Below are positions 14,564 to 17,177 of a stretch of 17,177 bases of DNA, in pieces. The notes beneath the pieces are model-generated. The model saw only the letters and a list, made by a program, of their open reading frames with translations. It had not been told where the DNA came from and searched no databases. Both the position numbers and the translations under genes were made by a program. Location of the stretch: contig JAXDQU010000044.1 in assembly GCA_034667685.1 (NCBI GenBank), positions 1-17,177 of the forward strand. Direction: 5' to 3'. Within the stretch, counting starts at the first letter, position 1. Each line of letters opens with the position of its first letter. The DNA is from Thermoplasmata archaeon. GTDB lineage: Archaea > Thermoplasmatota > SW-10-69-26 > JACQPN01 > JAJPHT01.

Positions 14564-15031
14564 GTGCGTCCCGCGCCCCTTCTGCTCGCGCTCCTCCTCG
14601 TGGGGTGCGCCGCGCCCGCGAACGTCCCCGCGGCCGGCGGCCGGGTCGAGGTCGAGTCCCACCTGATCGCCCAGGGCGATGCTTCCGGCCTCGTCCGCCA
14701 GGACCGCCTCCAGGTCATCGGCGACCCCTCCACGTGGAACGACACCTGGAGCCTCGCGCTCGGCCACACGAACCCGACGCCGCCCGTGGATTTCACGAAG
14801 CACCGCGTCGCCGCCTACGGGTTCGTGCCGACCCAGGACTGCTCGTGGCTCGCCCTCCGCAACGTGACGAGATCCCTGCCGCAGGGCAACTTGACCTTGC
14901 ACCTGGAGGTCCACCAGGTCGGCTCCAAGGGGTGCGGCGCGCGCAACCCGTGGCTTTTCGTGGAGATCCCCCTCGAGGGCGCGGTGGGGTACGAGAGCGC
15001 GCCCGTGGACGAAGCGACGCGAGTCTCGTGA
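14564..15031 (+). CDS. Lipoprotein with a PrcB C-terminal-like domain
   Basis: Lipobox LLLALLLVG|C; VIGD…W…W…PPVDFTKHRV…NPWLFVEIP resembles the PrcB_C pattern; CTTATC lies 30 nt upstream of GTG 14564. Confidence 0.65.
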   Translation: MRPAPLLLALLLVGCAAPANVPAAGGRVEVESHLIAQGDASGLVRQDRLQVIGDPSTWNDTWSLALGHTNPTPPVDFTKHRVAAYGFVPTQDCSWLALRNVTRSLPQGNLTLHLEVHQVGSKGCGARNPWLFVEIPLEGAVGYESAPVDEATRVS

Positions 15032-15065
15032 GGCCCGAAGGAAAATGAGGCCCCGGTTCCGTCGC

Positions 15066-15107
15066 AAGACTTAAAGGCCCAGACTCGGACATCCCTTTCT
15101 CCGGAGG
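15066..15107 (+). promoter_or_regulatory. Archaeal BRE/TATA-like promoter and Shine-Dalgarno for the membrane-anchored regulator
   Basis: CTTAAA at 15070-15075 after a purine-rich stretch; GGAGG at 15103-15107. Confidence 0.55.
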
Positions 15108-15129
15108 CGTTGCCATCCGTCGTTGCCTG

Positions 15130-16947
15130 GTGTGGGTCGTCCTCATCGTCCTCGCCCTCACGGCGGGGTGGGCCTCGGCCCAGGTCGGCGGGAGCATCGC
15201 GCTGACCGCCTCGCCCGCGCAGGCCTCCGCGCAGCCCGGCCAGCACGCGACGTTCACGCTGACGCTGGGCAACAGCTTCGTCCTCGACCGCACGGTGGAC
15301 CTGGCCGTCACGCTCTCGGGCAACTGGACCGGGAACCTCACGCCCGCGACCCTCACGGTCCCCGCGGGCAAGAACGCCACCGCCACGCTCGACCTGCTCG
15401 TGCCCGCGGATGCCGCGCCCGGCACCTTCTCCTCCTTCCCGGTCACCGCCAGCGACGCCACCGGCACGCTCGCGACGGCCAACGTCACCGTCCAGGTCGC
15501 GGCGCCCCCCGCGCCCGCGCCCGATCCGACGCCCACGCCGCCGGCCCTCGCGCTCTCCATCCCTGGCGCGACCGGCCAGGCCGGCCACACCGTGACGGGC
15601 ACGATCGTCGTGCGCGACCTCGACGACCCGACGGCCTCGCCCGCCGACCTCACCTTCGCGCTGGGCGGCCCGTGGAAGGGCGGCTTCCCCGCCGGCAGCT
15701 TCCTGCGCATCTACCCCGGCGAGGCGAAGCAGCTCGACGTCAACGTCACGATCCCCGCCAACGCGGCCAACGGCACGCAGGCGCTCCCGGTCTCCGTCAC
15801 CGCGACCACCGACGGCGCCTCCTTCCAGCTCCAGGCGACGTGGAACGTCACCGCCGTCGCCGCGCCCCCCGCCGCCCAGTCCTCCGCGTCCGGCGGCAAC
15901 GCGCCGATCACCGTCTCGACGCAGGGCCCGCAGCCCCCCTCGACCCCGCCCGCGGCGCCCGCGCCCAACCTCGCCCTCGCCGCGCAGGACCTCCAGGACC
16001 TCACGCCCGGCTACGCCTCCACGGAGAGCGTCCTCGTCCAGAACACGGGCAACGTCGCGCTCCACGTCACCCTCGCGGCCAACGCGGCCGACGGCTCGTG
16101 GACCACGACGCTCGACCCCGCGCAGATGGACCTCGCCGCCGGCGCCTCGCGCCTCGTCAAGATCACCATCGACACACCCACCTCCGTGGCCTCCACCCGC
16201 GACGGAAGCGCGAAGGCGAGCCTCACGGCCACCACGACGGAGGGCCTCTCGCGCTACCTCCCGCTCGACCTGCGCATCCCCGCGCTCGTCACGAGCCCCG
16301 TCGCCTCCCCCGCGCCCGCCACGCCGCAGACGCAGGCCGAGGCGCCCCCGCAGGCCAACGACCGCGCGGTCATCGGCCTCGCCGTGGGCCTGGGCGCCAT
16401 CGGCGCCGGCGCGGTCGCGCTGATGCACCGCCCCACGCGCGAGAAGCTCGTCTGGATCGGCGTGGGCCTCTACACGCGCCTCGCGCGCCCCGACGTCCTG
16501 GGCCACGAGGAGCGCGAGCGCCTCTACAAGCTCGTCGAGACGCAGCCCGGCGTCCACTTCCACGCGCTCCAGCGCGAGCTGGCCTGGAACACGGGCACGC
16601 TGACCTACCACCTGCGCGTGCTGGAGAAGCACGGCTTCATCGTCGACCGCCGCGACGGCCTCTTCCGCCGCTTCTACGTCCAGGGTGTCGCGCCGAGGAA
16701 GGAGACCTTCGAGACGACCGGCCCCTCCGGCCTGCGCGCCGACGTGCTGGAGGCGGTCCGCGGCCGCCAGGGCCTCAGCCAGACCGACCTCGCCCTCGCG
16801 CTGGGCGCCAACAAGCAGACCGTGAACTACCACGTCAAGGCCCTGGAACGCGCCGGCATGATCCGCCTGGAGAAGCGCGGCCGCGAGACGTTCCTGTACC
16901 CGGCCGACGCGCCCGCGAGCCCACCCGGGCACCAGGCGCACGCGTAG
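15130..16947 (+). CDS. Predicted transmembrane transcription regulator: signal peptide + three Ig-like domains + TM + tandem winged HTH
   Basis: Signal peptide ending WASA|Q; three beta-rich (NEW3/CARDB-like) repeats split by Pro-rich linkers; TM AVIGLAVGLGAIGAGAVALM; then LYTRL…DVL…RERLY…PGVHF…GTLTYHLRVLEKHGFI and GLSQTDLA…KQTVNYHVKALERAGMI (COG3398-like double wHTH). Confidence 0.88.
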   Translation: MWVVLIVLALTAGWASAQVGGSIALTASPAQASAQPGQHATFTLTLGNSFVLDRTVDLAVTLSGNWTGNLTPATLTVPAGKNATATLDLLVPADAAPGTFSSFPVTASDATGTLATANVTVQVAAPPAPAPDPTPTPPALALSIPGATGQAGHTVTGTIVVRDLDDPTASPADLTFALGGPWKGGFPAGSFLRIYPGEAKQLDVNVTIPANAANGTQALPVSVTATTDGASFQLQATWNVTAVAAPPAAQSSASGGNAPITVSTQGPQPPSTPPAAPAPNLALAAQDLQDLTPGYASTESVLVQNTGNVALHVTLAANAADGSWTTTLDPAQMDLAAGASRLVKITIDTPTSVASTRDGSAKASLTATTTEGLSRYLPLDLRIPALVTSPVASPAPATPQTQAEAPPQANDRAVIGLAVGLGAIGAGAVALMHRPTREKLVWIGVGLYTRLARPDVLGHEERERLYKLVETQPGVHFHALQRELAWNTGTLTYHLRVLEKHGFIVDRRDGLFRRFYVQGVAPRKETFETTGPSGLRADVLEAVRGRQGLSQTDLALALGANKQTVNYHVKALERAGMIRLEKRGRETFLYPADAPASPPGHQAHA

Positions 16948-17020
16948 GACCCTTCATCCCCACGTCACCTGGGGACGTTGCAGAGATATCATACCCCGGC
17001 AAGGCGCACGCAGGATCGAA

Positions 17021-17177
17021 CCGTGGGGCGAACCAGCCCCTCGCCCCGCGGTCCCCCCTTTCTCCAGCGCTGCGCACTTCGTCGCACGGCGCGTCCTTCG
17101 GCGATGCTGAAGCATCGCCTCCAGATCCGCCGTGCGACTCCGTGCCAGAGGGGCGACCTCCCCTCTGGACTCCCCCG
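17021..17177. repeat. Multi-hairpin non-coding element (REP/MITE-like or structured RNA), possibly running off the window
   Basis: Stems at 17021-17031/17041-17051, 17081-17091/17128-17138 (enclosing 17100-17107/17112-17119) and 17145-17153/17160-17168. Confidence 0.6.

Noticed and set aside
16948-17177. tRNA, SRP RNA or RNase P RNA at the window end
   Set aside because: I found no T-loop GTTC(G/A)A cloverleaf, SRP helix-8 motif or RNase P GAGGAAAGTCC core on either strand. Kept only as an unclassified structured element.

Overview
A GC-rich, gene-dense chromosomal segment, very probably archaeal. This rests on an HTH_10/Bat-type regulator, a TrmB regulator, a COG2108-like radical SAM protein, a COG3398-like double winged helix and TATA-like elements about 30 nt before most starts; a high-GC Thermoplasmatota-type organism is my inference. 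About 21 genes are present, with no transposase, CRISPR array or tRNA. The left part is metal-themed: a type-C two-domain multicopper oxidase lipoprotein missing one trinuclear-cluster His, its surface-anchored operon partner, a TSUP transporter divergent from a ModE-like regulator, and a ZIP transporter preceded by two DtxR/SirR-type operator boxes. The middle holds a membrane-anchored Zn-finger J-domain protein, a nucleoside-deoxyribosyltransferase-like protein lacking its catalytic Glu, a tandem pair of paralogous unknown membrane proteins, a long-chain polyprenyl synthase, TrmB, a stand-alone MEDS protein and DUF1684. The best candidate for an undescribed system is at the right end: a predicted one-component transmembrane transcription factor (signal peptide, three Ig-like domains, one TM helix, two cytoplasmic wHTH domains). 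Non-coding structure includes a 32-bp hairpin made of 8-bp units and a multi-hairpin element at the window end. All family calls come from motif recognition by eye; no searches were run.
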